A stretch of DNA of 32,000 bases, taken from positions 2,265,622 through 2,297,621 of the forward strand of contig CP113000.1 in the NCBI GenBank assembly GCA_026625185.1, in the 5' to 3' direction. Source of the stretch: Thermodesulfobacteriota bacterium (GTDB lineage Bacteria; Desulfobacterota; WTBG01; JAGOGO01). Shown here piece by piece: positions 24,112 to 31,900 of the stretch (positions are counted from its first letter, which is position 1; every line of letters begins with the position of its first letter). Below the pieces are notes generated by a model. The model ran no database searches. It was not told the DNA's origin and saw nothing but the letters and a program-made list of their open reading frames with translations. The position numbers and the translations under genes are program-made.

Positions 24112-24816
24112 TAGTGGATTTTGTTCCATTGGAAAAAGTGAGTCCACGCGTATTTTTGCCACAATCGGATTAACGTCAAATATATCAACCAATCGGTTTA
24201 TCGCTGCTTGCCGATTGGCCTTCTCCAATACTTTGCAACCCAGAGAGCCCACTTCTCTCAACAATGGTTCCAGGGCGAGTTTCACTAACTTACGAGGTAA
24301 CAAAAGGGCTCCAATTGCGAGATTAGCCTGATATTCCCACCACTGCCCGCTATAATGATTATCTGTGCGATCTTGTAAGCCTTCTATCCCACTAGAACGG
24401 CAAATAATTTTTGATCCGCTCACGTCCTTCGAATTGCCAAAAAGGGACTTCGCTTGCAAGTCAAATGCGAAAAGGTAAGCATGTAAGAGCCCATGACCAG
24501 CTTCGTGAGCCAAGGTTGTGTTGACGCGCCTTTCAGAAAATTTGTTGTTTTCTTCCCCTAATTCTCTTGAGACCGCAATACCCTTAACCCCGTTCACGCC
24601 AAACATCGTGTACCCCAGAACACCCTCAGGCATATCCTCAAAGGAAAAAGTGACTTTAAATTTTTTCTCTATAAAACGGTCAATTCTAATTGGTTCCGGA
24701 CCTGTTGGTAGGAGGCCAACCTTCTGCAATTCGTCGTTGCATATGTTCTCAACTTCCGCTGCTTCAAAATACGGACGTTCAGAAAATGGTCCGGATGTTG
24801 TTCGGTAAACCTTCAT
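24100..24816 (-). CDS. ImmA/IrrE-family zinc metallopeptidase (CapP-like)
   Basis: HExxH in TTLAHEAGHGLLH, plus the downstream WWEYQANLAIGALLLP (the E..AN.FA..LLmP region of ImmA/IrrE). The ATGA overlaps the upstream HTH gene. Confidence 0.8.
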   Translation of the reverse strand: MKVYRTTSGPFSERPYFEAAEVENICNDELQKVGLLPTGPEPIRIDRFIEKKFKVTFSFEDMPEGVLGYTMFGVNGVKGIAVSRELGEENNKFSERRVNTTLAHEAGHGLLHAYLFAFDLQAKSLFGNSKDVSGSKIICRSSGIEGLQDRTDNHYSGQWWEYQANLAIGALLLPRKLVKLALEPLLREVGSLGCKVLEKANRQAAINRLVDIFDVNPIVAKIRVDSLFPMEQNPLLTL

Positions 24817-25160
24817 GTATTTTTTTTACCTTTAGACTTCTTCTCAGCGAATTTAATTATGTCGTCGGGGCTAATATTTTTATCAATAACTTTTCGAAAA
24901 GCAAAAGCATATTGGGGATTTATGGCCGTCAACCGCTTCAAGCCTTCGACTGGCGGACGCGTATCATAAACTCGAAGATCTTCAGTTGATACATCAAGTT
25001 CATTAGCCATAATTTCGAAAAGCTTGTCCGATGGATAGCGACGTCCAAGTTCAATATCAGATACGAATGGAGCAGAAACTCCAATTCTTTTAGCAAATTC
25101 CCTAAGAGATAAATCCTTTTTTTCTCTCAATTCACGAATTCTCTGACCAAGTGTTTTCAT
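24813..25160 (-). CDS. XRE-family HTH repressor (CapH-like)
   Basis: MKTLGQRIRELREKKDLSLREFAKRIGVSAPFVSDIELGRRYPS is a canonical HTH_3 pattern. It is paired with the ImmA peptidase. Confidence 0.85.
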   Translation of the reverse strand: MKTLGQRIRELREKKDLSLREFAKRIGVSAPFVSDIELGRRYPSDKLFEIMANELDVSTEDLRVYDTRPPVEGLKRLTAINPQYAFAFRKVIDKNISPDDIIKFAEKKSKGKKNT

Positions 25161-25162
25161 AA

Positions 25163-25195
25163 TGTAAGCTTACTATGCTTACAGAGTTCTGTCAA
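25163..25195 (-). promoter_or_regulatory. Autoregulatory promoter/operator of the XRE-ImmA pair; predicted leaderless mRNA
   Basis: Minus strand: TTGACA (25195-25190), a 17-nt spacer and TAAGCT (25172-25167), then only 6 nt before ATG 25160. The operator TGTAAGC-N7-GCTTACA (25163-25183) overlaps the spacer and the -10. Confidence 0.6.
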
Positions 25196-25590
25196 GCAAA
25201 ATTATTAAAAAAAGACAATCCCTGGAAACTCCTTCATTCCAGGTGTGCTTTTGACGATTTTGGAAACAAAAAAGCCACGAAGCTGTCATTTGGCAGTTTG
25301 ATACTCCTGAGGAATGGTCTTTGTCCTTAAAAAGTTATTGTAATTTTTTACGTACACTAAAACTCATCGAACTAAGGAAAAATAGGAAATTAAGGAAAAT
25401 TACTCCCCATCCGACAAAGGGAAATAAAAAAATTCTCTTTGGAGGGTTTTTTCTTATAATATTTCATTTTTATTGACTTTTTCTTCCTTAATGAGTAACC
25501 ATATGGAGAATTAATTATAAAAATCTATGGGATTTAACAAAGATGCTTAAAAAGGGAAAAGGCTTTAAGGCTTAATTAGAAAAATAGAAG

Positions 25591-25696
25591 GCGAATTACC
25601 GAAATAAAGTGATGGCTTTTTTCATTTTGAGGCTTAGCCTAATTGGTTCAATCTGAAATTTTGACAGTGCTTATGGATCAATATAATCAATGTTAG
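25591..25696 (+). repeat. Copy B of the ~110-bp direct repeat, containing a consensus promoter
   Basis: See copy A for the alignment. This copy carries TTGACA (25661-25666), a 15-nt spacer and TATAAT (25682-25687). In copy A the corresponding hexamers are degenerate (ATGTCA / TAAAAA). Confidence 0.7.
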
Positions 25697-25711
25697 CCAG
25701 TTCACCCGCAA

Positions 25712-26878
25712 ATGAAAGGCATGACGATGTTCAAAGAAGAAACCATTGAGGCCCTATTGTTTGAAGAAGAAAGCACTACCATAGATTTTAAATCCGAACA
25801 GTATCGGTTCGAAAACGAAGACGACAAGACAAAAAGTGAACTTCTGAAAGATATTTTGGCATTTACAAATTCATGGCGGCGAACCGATGCTTACATTCTC
25901 ATAGGGGTAAGAGATGTACAAGGCGGCCAGGGAGAAGTCATCGGAGTCAACTCGCACATCGATGACGCAAAACTACAGCAGTTCGTAAATTCAAAGACAC
26001 AGAAGGCAATAATATTCTCATATGTAGCAGCCAAATATAAAGGCAAAGATATAGGGATTATACAAATCCCCAAACAAGAGAGACCTATTTACTTACTAAA
26101 AGACTATGGCAAAGTCCAAAAGAACACTGTTTATATTAGGCGTGGAAGTTCAACTGAAATTGCTACACCGGTCGAAGTGGCTCGGATGGGAGTCGATGAT
26201 TCCAGAGTTGAATCTGGTGATCCAAGGCTTGATGTCCGATTCTATCAAAGCAGCCATGATCGTATCATCGGGCAAGATTTGGAATTGAATTCAAATATTA
26301 TTACTATTACGGATGCAATTCCAGATTACCGAATGACTGCAAGAACGGGCATGGGAATTAGCGTTGATTTAACTTTACCCACAATAAACAAAGATTATTG
26401 GAGAGACTGGGTACATTATGCTTCCTTCTCTATGTCAGTTAACCCAGTTGAACTTGCAATTACAAATACCGATACGATTTCGGCTAATAGTCCATGTCTT
26501 GAACTAATTATAGATGACCCTGAACGTAGCCTAATCCTATATGACTCAACAGAGGAACCAAAAGAACCAAGCACCGATATTATGACAAAGATAGGATCAT
26601 TACGAAGAGAGGAAAGTATATACAGAATAGAATACAAAGAATCTGGTTATTGGAAGCTTACAGCTGATATAGAGCATGTCCATCCTAAGCGAACGGTACC
26701 TGTTCCAGACCGTATTTTCATGGGTTCCAAAACTACTAAAAAATATTTGATAAAAGTGACTGTTTTTGCTTCGAATATTACTAAGCCACACGAGGGGTTT
26801 TTAGGGTTAAGTATAAAGGCAAACCCGATATTATTATTGTGGTCAGACTTCTACAAGTCAGTATTAAAAAGGAGCTAA
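25712..26878 (+). CDS. AlbA_2 (Schlafen-type divergent-AAA) domain protein with unknown beta-rich ~230-aa C-terminal domain
   Basis: Motifs: EESTTIDFKSEQY, LLKDILAFTNSWRRTDAYILIGVRD, IGIIQIP and VYIRRGSSTEIATPVEVARM. The start may be ATG 25727 (AAAGG 7 nt upstream) rather than 25712. Confidence 0.65.
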   Translation: MKGMTMFKEETIEALLFEEESTTIDFKSEQYRFENEDDKTKSELLKDILAFTNSWRRTDAYILIGVRDVQGGQGEVIGVNSHIDDAKLQQFVNSKTQKAIIFSYVAAKYKGKDIGIIQIPKQERPIYLLKDYGKVQKNTVYIRRGSSTEIATPVEVARMGVDDSRVESGDPRLDVRFYQSSHDRIIGQDLELNSNIITITDAIPDYRMTARTGMGISVDLTLPTINKDYWRDWVHYASFSMSVNPVELAITNTDTISANSPCLELIIDDPERSLILYDSTEEPKEPSTDIMTKIGSLRREESIYRIEYKESGYWKLTADIEHVHPKRTVPVPDRIFMGSKTTKKYLIKVTVFASNITKPHEGFLGLSIKANPILLLWSDFYKSVLKRS

Positions 26879-26996
26879 TAAGGCTTTTTCAGCGGAATGC
26901 AAAAAGCCGTGCCCGTTGAAACGCAGCGTTGATTGGCCATAAACACAATATGAATATATGTTGCGCTGTTCGGGCAGAAGGAGGTTTGGTAGATAC

Positions 26997-28007
26997 ATGA
27001 GTCTTAGTCGTGATATCGCTGAGAAATCCGTGCAGGCGGCAGTCGCCTCTATCGAAATCTATAACAAGCCGGATTTTAGTTTTCGTGAAGAAGCGTTCAG
27101 TCTGCTAATGACCAATGCATGGGAACCACTTTTAAAAGCCAAGTGGCTGGCGGACCATAATGACGAGATAACGACTCTTTATGATCTTGGAAATGATGGT
27201 CGGCCTCGCTTATCTCGCTCAGGAAATCCTTGCACTCACAGCCTTGGCTATCTGGCAGCCAAGCTAGTTGAAGATAAGAATTCGGGATTCGACAAGCCCA
27301 CCCACGACAACGTGATAGCATTGATAGAAATCCGAGATAATTCGGCTCACTTCATCCATAAAGATTTACATCTTGGGAGAGTAGTCCTTGAAATTGGGAC
27401 TGCTTCCCTGCAGAACTATCTGCAGGTCGCCGGAGAATGGTTTCAAATAGATTTGTCCTGCTACAATTTTTTTTTGATGCCCCTGTCTTTTTATCACGGC
27501 TTCGAGGCCATTACGACGTCCGTCTCTCCCCAACCCGTTCAGGTTCAGAGACTTGTCGAATATCTCATCTCACTGGAAAACCAAAATGAAGGTGAGAGTA
27601 CACGCCACGTAGCAATTCGCCTTCATACGCGTTTCGTCAGATCGCGTGATGACTCGGCCATCGCCTTTAAATGGACTGATGACCCGGCGGCACCGGCCGT
27701 TCGGCTTGCAGAAGAGGACATTCTCAAGAACTATCCGCTTACTTACAGAGACCTGACTAATCAACTGCGTAGGCGTTATAAGGACTTCATCGAGAATCGT
27801 GATTACCACAGGATTAGACAGAAGATTGAGAAGGTTAAGAAGCTTTCCATTATCCGAACCCTTGATCCAAGAAATCCAAAAAGTGCCAAGCAAAGATTCT
27901 ATAACTCCAACATAATTCAAGAGTTCGATAAACACTATAAACGTAGGAAGAAAGTGGAACCAGTCGCTACACCGGATCGGCGGGAAATGACGCCCGCCTC
28001 CCAATGA
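26997..28007 (+). CDS. DUF3644-like protein
   Basis: AAVASIEIYNKPDFSFREEAFSLLMTNAWEPLLKAKWL and the C-terminal LDPRNPKSAKQRFYNSNIIQEFDKHY fit my memory of DUF3644. I prefer ATG 26997, which has AAGGAGG (26978-26984) upstream. Confidence 0.55.
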   Translation: MSLSRDIAEKSVQAAVASIEIYNKPDFSFREEAFSLLMTNAWEPLLKAKWLADHNDEITTLYDLGNDGRPRLSRSGNPCTHSLGYLAAKLVEDKNSGFDKPTHDNVIALIEIRDNSAHFIHKDLHLGRVVLEIGTASLQNYLQVAGEWFQIDLSCYNFFLMPLSFYHGFEAITTSVSPQPVQVQRLVEYLISLENQNEGESTRHVAIRLHTRFVRSRDDSAIAFKWTDDPAAPAVRLAEEDILKNYPLTYRDLTNQLRRRYKDFIENRDYHRIRQKIEKVKKLSIIRTLDPRNPKSAKQRFYNSNIIQEFDKHYKRRKKVEPVATPDRREMTPASQ

Positions 28008-28057
28008 TGCCTATTTTCGCCGGGCTAAACAAGTACAGAATGCAACGCAGGTAAAAA

Positions 28058-28972
28058 ATGTCTGAACATGATTACATACAGGAAATGATCAAGATGCAGG
28101 AATCTGTACGTAAGATGCTTGAGCCTCCTGATTATGTCAGGAGAATGATTGAAGAGCAGGAATCTTTGCGTAAAATTTATGAGCATCACGATTATGTGCA
28201 GGAAATGATCAAGAAGGAGGAATCTCTGCGTAAGATGTTTGAGCCTCCTGATTATATCAGGAGGATAATTGAAGAGCAGGAATCATTTAGAGAAATCTTT
28301 GCTCCGGGAGGATCAGCCGCCACAGCTCTTACATCACTAATAAATCAAGAAGCTTTCAATCCGTTAGATATCACAGAAAGAATCAGAAACTTTGCCGATG
28401 AATTATCTATACCAGACTTTTATATTAACAATGAAGGGTTCCTATCTTTTGAAGAGCAGAGCATAAATGTATTTGAGTTGAATAGCGCAGTACATACTTT
28501 TTTTGATAAAATTTCTGAAGAATGCTCAATCGAAAATGTTCTGTCCTTGTTGGCTGATTTAAAAAGACCGGTCCAACGAATAGCAATTTGGATTTTAAAT
28601 AACATCATTGTAGCTTTCATTATCAGTGTTATGGCTGGACTTTTTACACAGAATATCCAAAATTTTCTTGATTTAAGTTCTTTTAAATCTAGGCGAGAAG
28701 TTCTGCAAAAAATAAAGTGTTTGCCTCCTGAGATAGATACAGACAAATATAAAGGATATAGAGTCGTAACTGCCAACATCCTTAATTTACGAAGAAATCC
28801 GAAGATAAAATCCCAAATTGTCGCGAAATTAAAAAGAGGAAAACTTGTTCGCCTCGTTCAAAAAAAGAAAAACTGGACAAAAGTAGAAGTTGAAATTTCA
28901 GATTCAGCTGGTGTAGTAATGGGATGGGTTGCAACACGGTATATTGTGCCCCTTAAGCCTCTTAATCGATGA
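28058..28972 (+). CDS. Repeat-containing single-TM protein with C-terminal SH3-like domain
   Basis: Four 20-aa helical repeats are followed by the TM helix IAIWILNNIIVAFIISVMAGLF. The C-terminus YRVVTANILNLRRNPKIKSQIVAKLKRGKLVRLVQKKKNWTKVEV...GWVATRYI is bacterial SH3_3-like. Confidence 0.6.
   Translation: MSEHDYIQEMIKMQESVRKMLEPPDYVRRMIEEQESLRKIYEHHDYVQEMIKKEESLRKMFEPPDYIRRIIEEQESFREIFAPGGSAATALTSLINQEAFNPLDITERIRNFADELSIPDFYINNEGFLSFEEQSINVFELNSAVHTFFDKISEECSIENVLSLLADLKRPVQRIAIWILNNIIVAFIISVMAGLFTQNIQNFLDLSSFKSRREVLQKIKCLPPEIDTDKYKGYRVVTANILNLRRNPKIKSQIVAKLKRGKLVRLVQKKKNWTKVEVEISDSAGVVMGWVATRYIVPLKPLNR
28070..28309 (+). repeat. Intragenic tandem repeat, 4 x 60 bp (4 x 20 aa), organised as a duplicated 120-bp unit
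   Basis: The four units are DYIQEMIKMQESVRKMLEPP, DYVRRMIEEQESLRKIYEHH, DYVQEMIKKEESLRKMFEPP and DYIRRIIEEQESFREIFAPG. Units 1/3 and 2/4 are the closest pairs. Confidence 0.85.
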
Positions 28973-29175
28973 GTAATTATGAGGCGAAGGTAATTTTCAT
29001 TCAACGGAGGATGATGTTATATAATCCTAATCTAAGAAAGAACAGATGAATATGAAAAAAGAATGTCATTCTGGGTTATCCTTTAGCCCCACAAGAGGTC
29101 AGTTTAGATTAGCGAAACTATATTTTTCTTGACTTCTTCCTTTGGAATTGATATTTATTTTTTTAGTTCTTCGGC

Positions 29176-29998
29176 TTTGCTTTACAAAGAGACACCGCGC
29201 CTTACAGACTAATCAAATCCGGGTTTACCCCGACAACCTCCCCATAGCGTATCATCCCTTGTTTATAGAGTTCCTCACGGCTTAATACCGCCAGCACCTG
29301 CCTTGGAGTCCACGGTTTTCGGTTTCTGCGGGTAAACCCTTGCCGGTTTAAGTGCTGGGCTATCTCTTGAGAGGTTTTCTTCTGGTCTTGAAGCAAGAAA
29401 ATCAGTCGCACCATCTCTTGTTCTTGCGGATTTTTCGATATTTCTTTGCCCCTCCGCGAGAACCCATAGGGAAGCGTTCCGCCCGCCATCTTGCCCCGTC
29501 TTATTCTCTCCTCCCGGCCTTTTTTCAGCCGCTCGATAATCTCTTTGCGGTTCTCCTCGGCAATAGCCTCTCGAATTTGTCGGATGAGAACGTCTTTCCG
29601 GTCGCTGCCGTCATAATGAGGCATGTCGGCGATAAGGACCTTCACGCCCAACCGGTCAAATTCAAAGAGAAGATTCTCCGTCAGCCGCAGATCCCTCGAT
29701 AACCGGTCCAAGGAGGCGACGACAACCCTTTTGATCCTGCCGTTTTTGCTGTCTTTCAATAACCTTCTCAGGGCTTTTCGGTTTTCCGTAATGCCGGTCC
29801 GGGCCTCATCGATATAGAACTGATCAACCATGAAGCCGGAAGCCCCGGCATAGTTTTCGATCTCCCTCCGCTGGATATCAATCCCATAGCCTTTCTTCTG
29901 TTCGAGGGTACTCACCCGGCAATACCCGGCCACGATTTTCGTTTTTCCCATGGCATCATAGGCTTACCTGTTAGCGTAGCCTCTCTTTGTAAAGAGAG
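29176..29998. mobile_element. Putative invertible DNA segment (Hin/Gin-like) containing its own serine recombinase gene
   Basis: 13-bp perfect inverted repeats CTTTACAAAGAGA (29180-29192) and TCTCTTTGTAAAG (29982-29994) sit 10 nt beyond the stop and 31 nt beyond the start of the recombinase gene. The right site is an 18-bp perfect palindrome CTCTCTTT-GT-AAAGAGAG (29981-29998). The left site is TTTGCTTT-AC-AAAGAGAC (29176-29193). Confidence 0.45.
29202..29951 (-). CDS. Serine recombinase (resolvase/invertase catalytic domain plus short recombinase/HTH domain)
   Basis: Motifs: VAGYCRVSTLEQKKGYGIDIQ (catalytic Ser), VVVASLDRLSRDLR and the C-terminal TSQEIAQHLNRQGFTRRNRKPWTPRQVLAVL. Length is 249 aa. 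Confidence 0.85.
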   Translation of the reverse strand: MGKTKIVAGYCRVSTLEQKKGYGIDIQRREIENYAGASGFMVDQFYIDEARTGITENRKALRRLLKDSKNGRIKRVVVASLDRLSRDLRLTENLLFEFDRLGVKVLIADMPHYDGSDRKDVLIRQIREAIAEENRKEIIERLKKGREERIRRGKMAGGTLPYGFSRRGKEISKNPQEQEMVRLIFLLQDQKKTSQEIAQHLNRQGFTRRNRKPWTPRQVLAVLSREELYKQGMIRYGEVVGVNPDLISL

Positions 29999-30025
29999 AC
30001 TGACGTAATCAGCGTAGCGCAAACA

Positions 30026-30631
30026 GTGCAATCTGTCGAGGGGACGAGGGATGGCCTCCTGATAGAGGGCATCGGAGACAGAAATCTTGTTATCCTGACC
30101 CTTAAAAGTTGGTTGGTGGTGTTTGCTATAAAGAATTCACTGAAAATTAGGAAAGGTTTGAAGTTTGGAGGGTCATGGAGTTTAACTGCGGCAATAGTAT
30201 GGGTATTTGACTATATTTGGATGCCATGGCTGGGTATAACATTTCAATATTTTGCAATGATTCCTCTGTTTCTTTCGCTTGTAGTGGCTTGCTATATAGG
30301 TCTGTATCTTTATAATTTCTTGGATGAAGATGTATTTTTCATAGGGAAGATTAAACCCTGGCTTGATGCTGAAAGTTCTTGGGTAAAAATTGAGCGAATA
30401 AAACAAGTAGTCCGCAAAAGCCCTAAGCTTACCTTTATTGTTCTTTCAAGCTGGTGGAGCCCTTTGCACGCTCATTTTTTTTTCAGAGATAATAATAAGG
30501 GAGACAAGATGGCAGTCGTTTCGATTGTTGAGGGATCAATATACTGCACCCTTTTCTGGGGTGTAGTAATCGATCTTATTATTTTTATCTACAGATGGGT
30601 AAAAATGCTTTTTCACCATTACACCTTTTAG
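30026..30631 (+). CDS. Integral membrane protein, unknown function
   Basis: There are several hydrophobic helices (AAIVWVFDYIWMPWLGITF, AMIPLFLSLVVACYIGLYLY, IYCTLFWGVVIDLIIFIY). The track start is a GTG and the true start is uncertain (an in-frame TTG lies at 30158). Confidence 0.45.
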   Translation: MQSVEGTRDGLLIEGIGDRNLVILTLKSWLVVFAIKNSLKIRKGLKFGGSWSLTAAIVWVFDYIWMPWLGITFQYFAMIPLFLSLVVACYIGLYLYNFLDEDVFFIGKIKPWLDAESSWVKIERIKQVVRKSPKLTFIVLSSWWSPLHAHFFFRDNNKGDKMAVVSIVEGSIYCTLFWGVVIDLIIFIYRWVKMLFHHYTF

Positions 30632-30646
30632 TCAGGGATTGGCCTT

Positions 30647-31813
30647 ATGAAAGTTTTTCTAACGGGTGCAACTGGTTTTCTGGGAGGAGAGCTTCTGGTT
30701 GAATTTTCTAAGCTCTCCTTTATAGAAAAGATTTTCTGTCTGGTCAGGGCTGATAGTCAATTAGCAGCCCAGTGTAGGCTAAAAAAAGTTTTTGCTTTTC
30801 ATGACGATTTTTATGATGAAAGCAAGACTGTGGCTATTCCTGGAGATTTGATGGATGAAAATCTATCGAAAAAACTCAGATCAGATTTTGAATTGAATTC
30901 AGTAAATATAATCGTTCATAGCGGAGCCAATACCTCATTTCTTCCTCAAAAAAGGAATGTCGTTGAGGCAACTAATGTTAATGGAGCCATTCAGGTTGCC
31001 ACCTGGGCGTCCGGCTTAAAGGATCTGAAAACTTTTGCCTATGTTGGAACAGCGATGATTGCCGGGGCGGGACCTTCTATGGTTGGCAGGCATATTTTTG
31101 AAGACGAATCTCCAAATCCCAACGCCGAACATATCGTTGACTATACTCGTTTCAAAATGATAGGTGAAATGAATGTTCGGAGAATAATTCCTGAAGATAA
31201 GCTTCTTGTCGTAAGACCATCAGCTATATTAGGTGATAGCCGCCTTTGGAAACCTAGGTCGTTTGATATCGCTTGGGTTTTTACTGCCCTTAATGTCCTG
31301 AGGCTTTGTCCGTTTGACATTACCTGCAGAGTAGATCTTATTTCTGTTGATTATGCAAGCAGAGCAATAATAGATCTGATCTTTTCTGACCGAAATTTTA
31401 ATTGCTATCACCTAAGTGCAGGCAGATCTGCCACTGCCATGTGGGATATCCTGCAGGTTTACCGGAATAACGATAACGGGCGGATCGACTATCATTTTGC
31501 CGATCCTGGTCTCTATAAGGAGATGGTCTCCTTCTCTAAAAAGAGATTGGAACAGTGTGAAGTTCTGAATAGGGACTATAAGGATTACCTGCACTATTGG
31601 CAGGGAATATTCAATTCCAACGGGGAGTTCCGAATTCTACTCTTCGGTTTAGAAAAGTATCTGAGGTTCATTAATCTTGATCAAACATTTGATAATACAA
31701 GATTGCTGAGTGAAGGAATTAAGGAACCGGAGGTTACCAGTAGCTATGTAGGAAGGACTATATCTTTTATTAAGGATATAGATATAATCGAAAGCTCACA
31801 GAAAAACGCGTGA
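30647..31813 (+). CDS. SDR-family NAD(P)-binding protein of the thioester-reductase / fatty-acyl reductase type (NAD_binding_4-like)
   Basis: MKVFLTGATGFLGGELL is a Rossmann GxxGxxG motif. CLVRADSQLAAQCRL and IVHSGANTSF are typical of terminal reductase domains. Confidence 0.75.
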   Translation: MKVFLTGATGFLGGELLVEFSKLSFIEKIFCLVRADSQLAAQCRLKKVFAFHDDFYDESKTVAIPGDLMDENLSKKLRSDFELNSVNIIVHSGANTSFLPQKRNVVEATNVNGAIQVATWASGLKDLKTFAYVGTAMIAGAGPSMVGRHIFEDESPNPNAEHIVDYTRFKMIGEMNVRRIIPEDKLLVVRPSAILGDSRLWKPRSFDIAWVFTALNVLRLCPFDITCRVDLISVDYASRAIIDLIFSDRNFNCYHLSAGRSATAMWDILQVYRNNDNGRIDYHFADPGLYKEMVSFSKKRLEQCEVLNRDYKDYLHYWQGIFNSNGEFRILLFGLEKYLRFINLDQTFDNTRLLSEGIKEPEVTSSYVGRTISFIKDIDIIESSQKNA

Positions 31814-31840
31814 TGTTTCAAAGGTAACATTGTGCAACTC

Positions 31841-31870
31841 GGGCAACTCTTTATGGGTTGCCCTTTTTTA
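31841..31870 (+). terminator. Intrinsic terminator after the SDR gene
   Basis: GGGCAAC-tctttatgg-GTTGCCC is followed by TTTTTTA. Confidence 0.7.
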
Positions 31871-31900
31871 ATTTTCTGGGTGTTGTATAATAGATACAAA

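Noticed and set aside
25201-25590. AT-rich ~390-bp spacer with AAGGAAAA repeats, the hairpin CCTGGAA-N9-TTCCAGG (about 25221-25243) and several TTGAC-like hexamers
   Set aside because: It has no ORF with an RBS and no convincing promoter/terminator pairing. The repeats are short and expected in AT-rich DNA, so the evidence is insufficient for an RNA gene call.
14791-25696. The ~110-bp direct repeats as attL/attR of the large serine recombinase
   Set aside because: Serine integrases recombine at short sites with a 2-bp crossover and do not generate long direct repeats. The copies are also too diverged for a recent duplication, so I kept the repeat as a separate observation.
27570-28779. Minus-strand ORFs 27570-28004 (144 aa) and 28420-28779 (119 aa)
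   Set aside because: They are antisense to the DUF3644-like and TM-SH3 genes and have no motifs.
29045-29128. 27-codon ORF (MNMKKECHSGLSFSPTRGQFRLAKLYFS) left of the invertible segment
   Set aside because: It has no SD and no recognisable features, and is probably fortuitous in AT-rich intergenic DNA.
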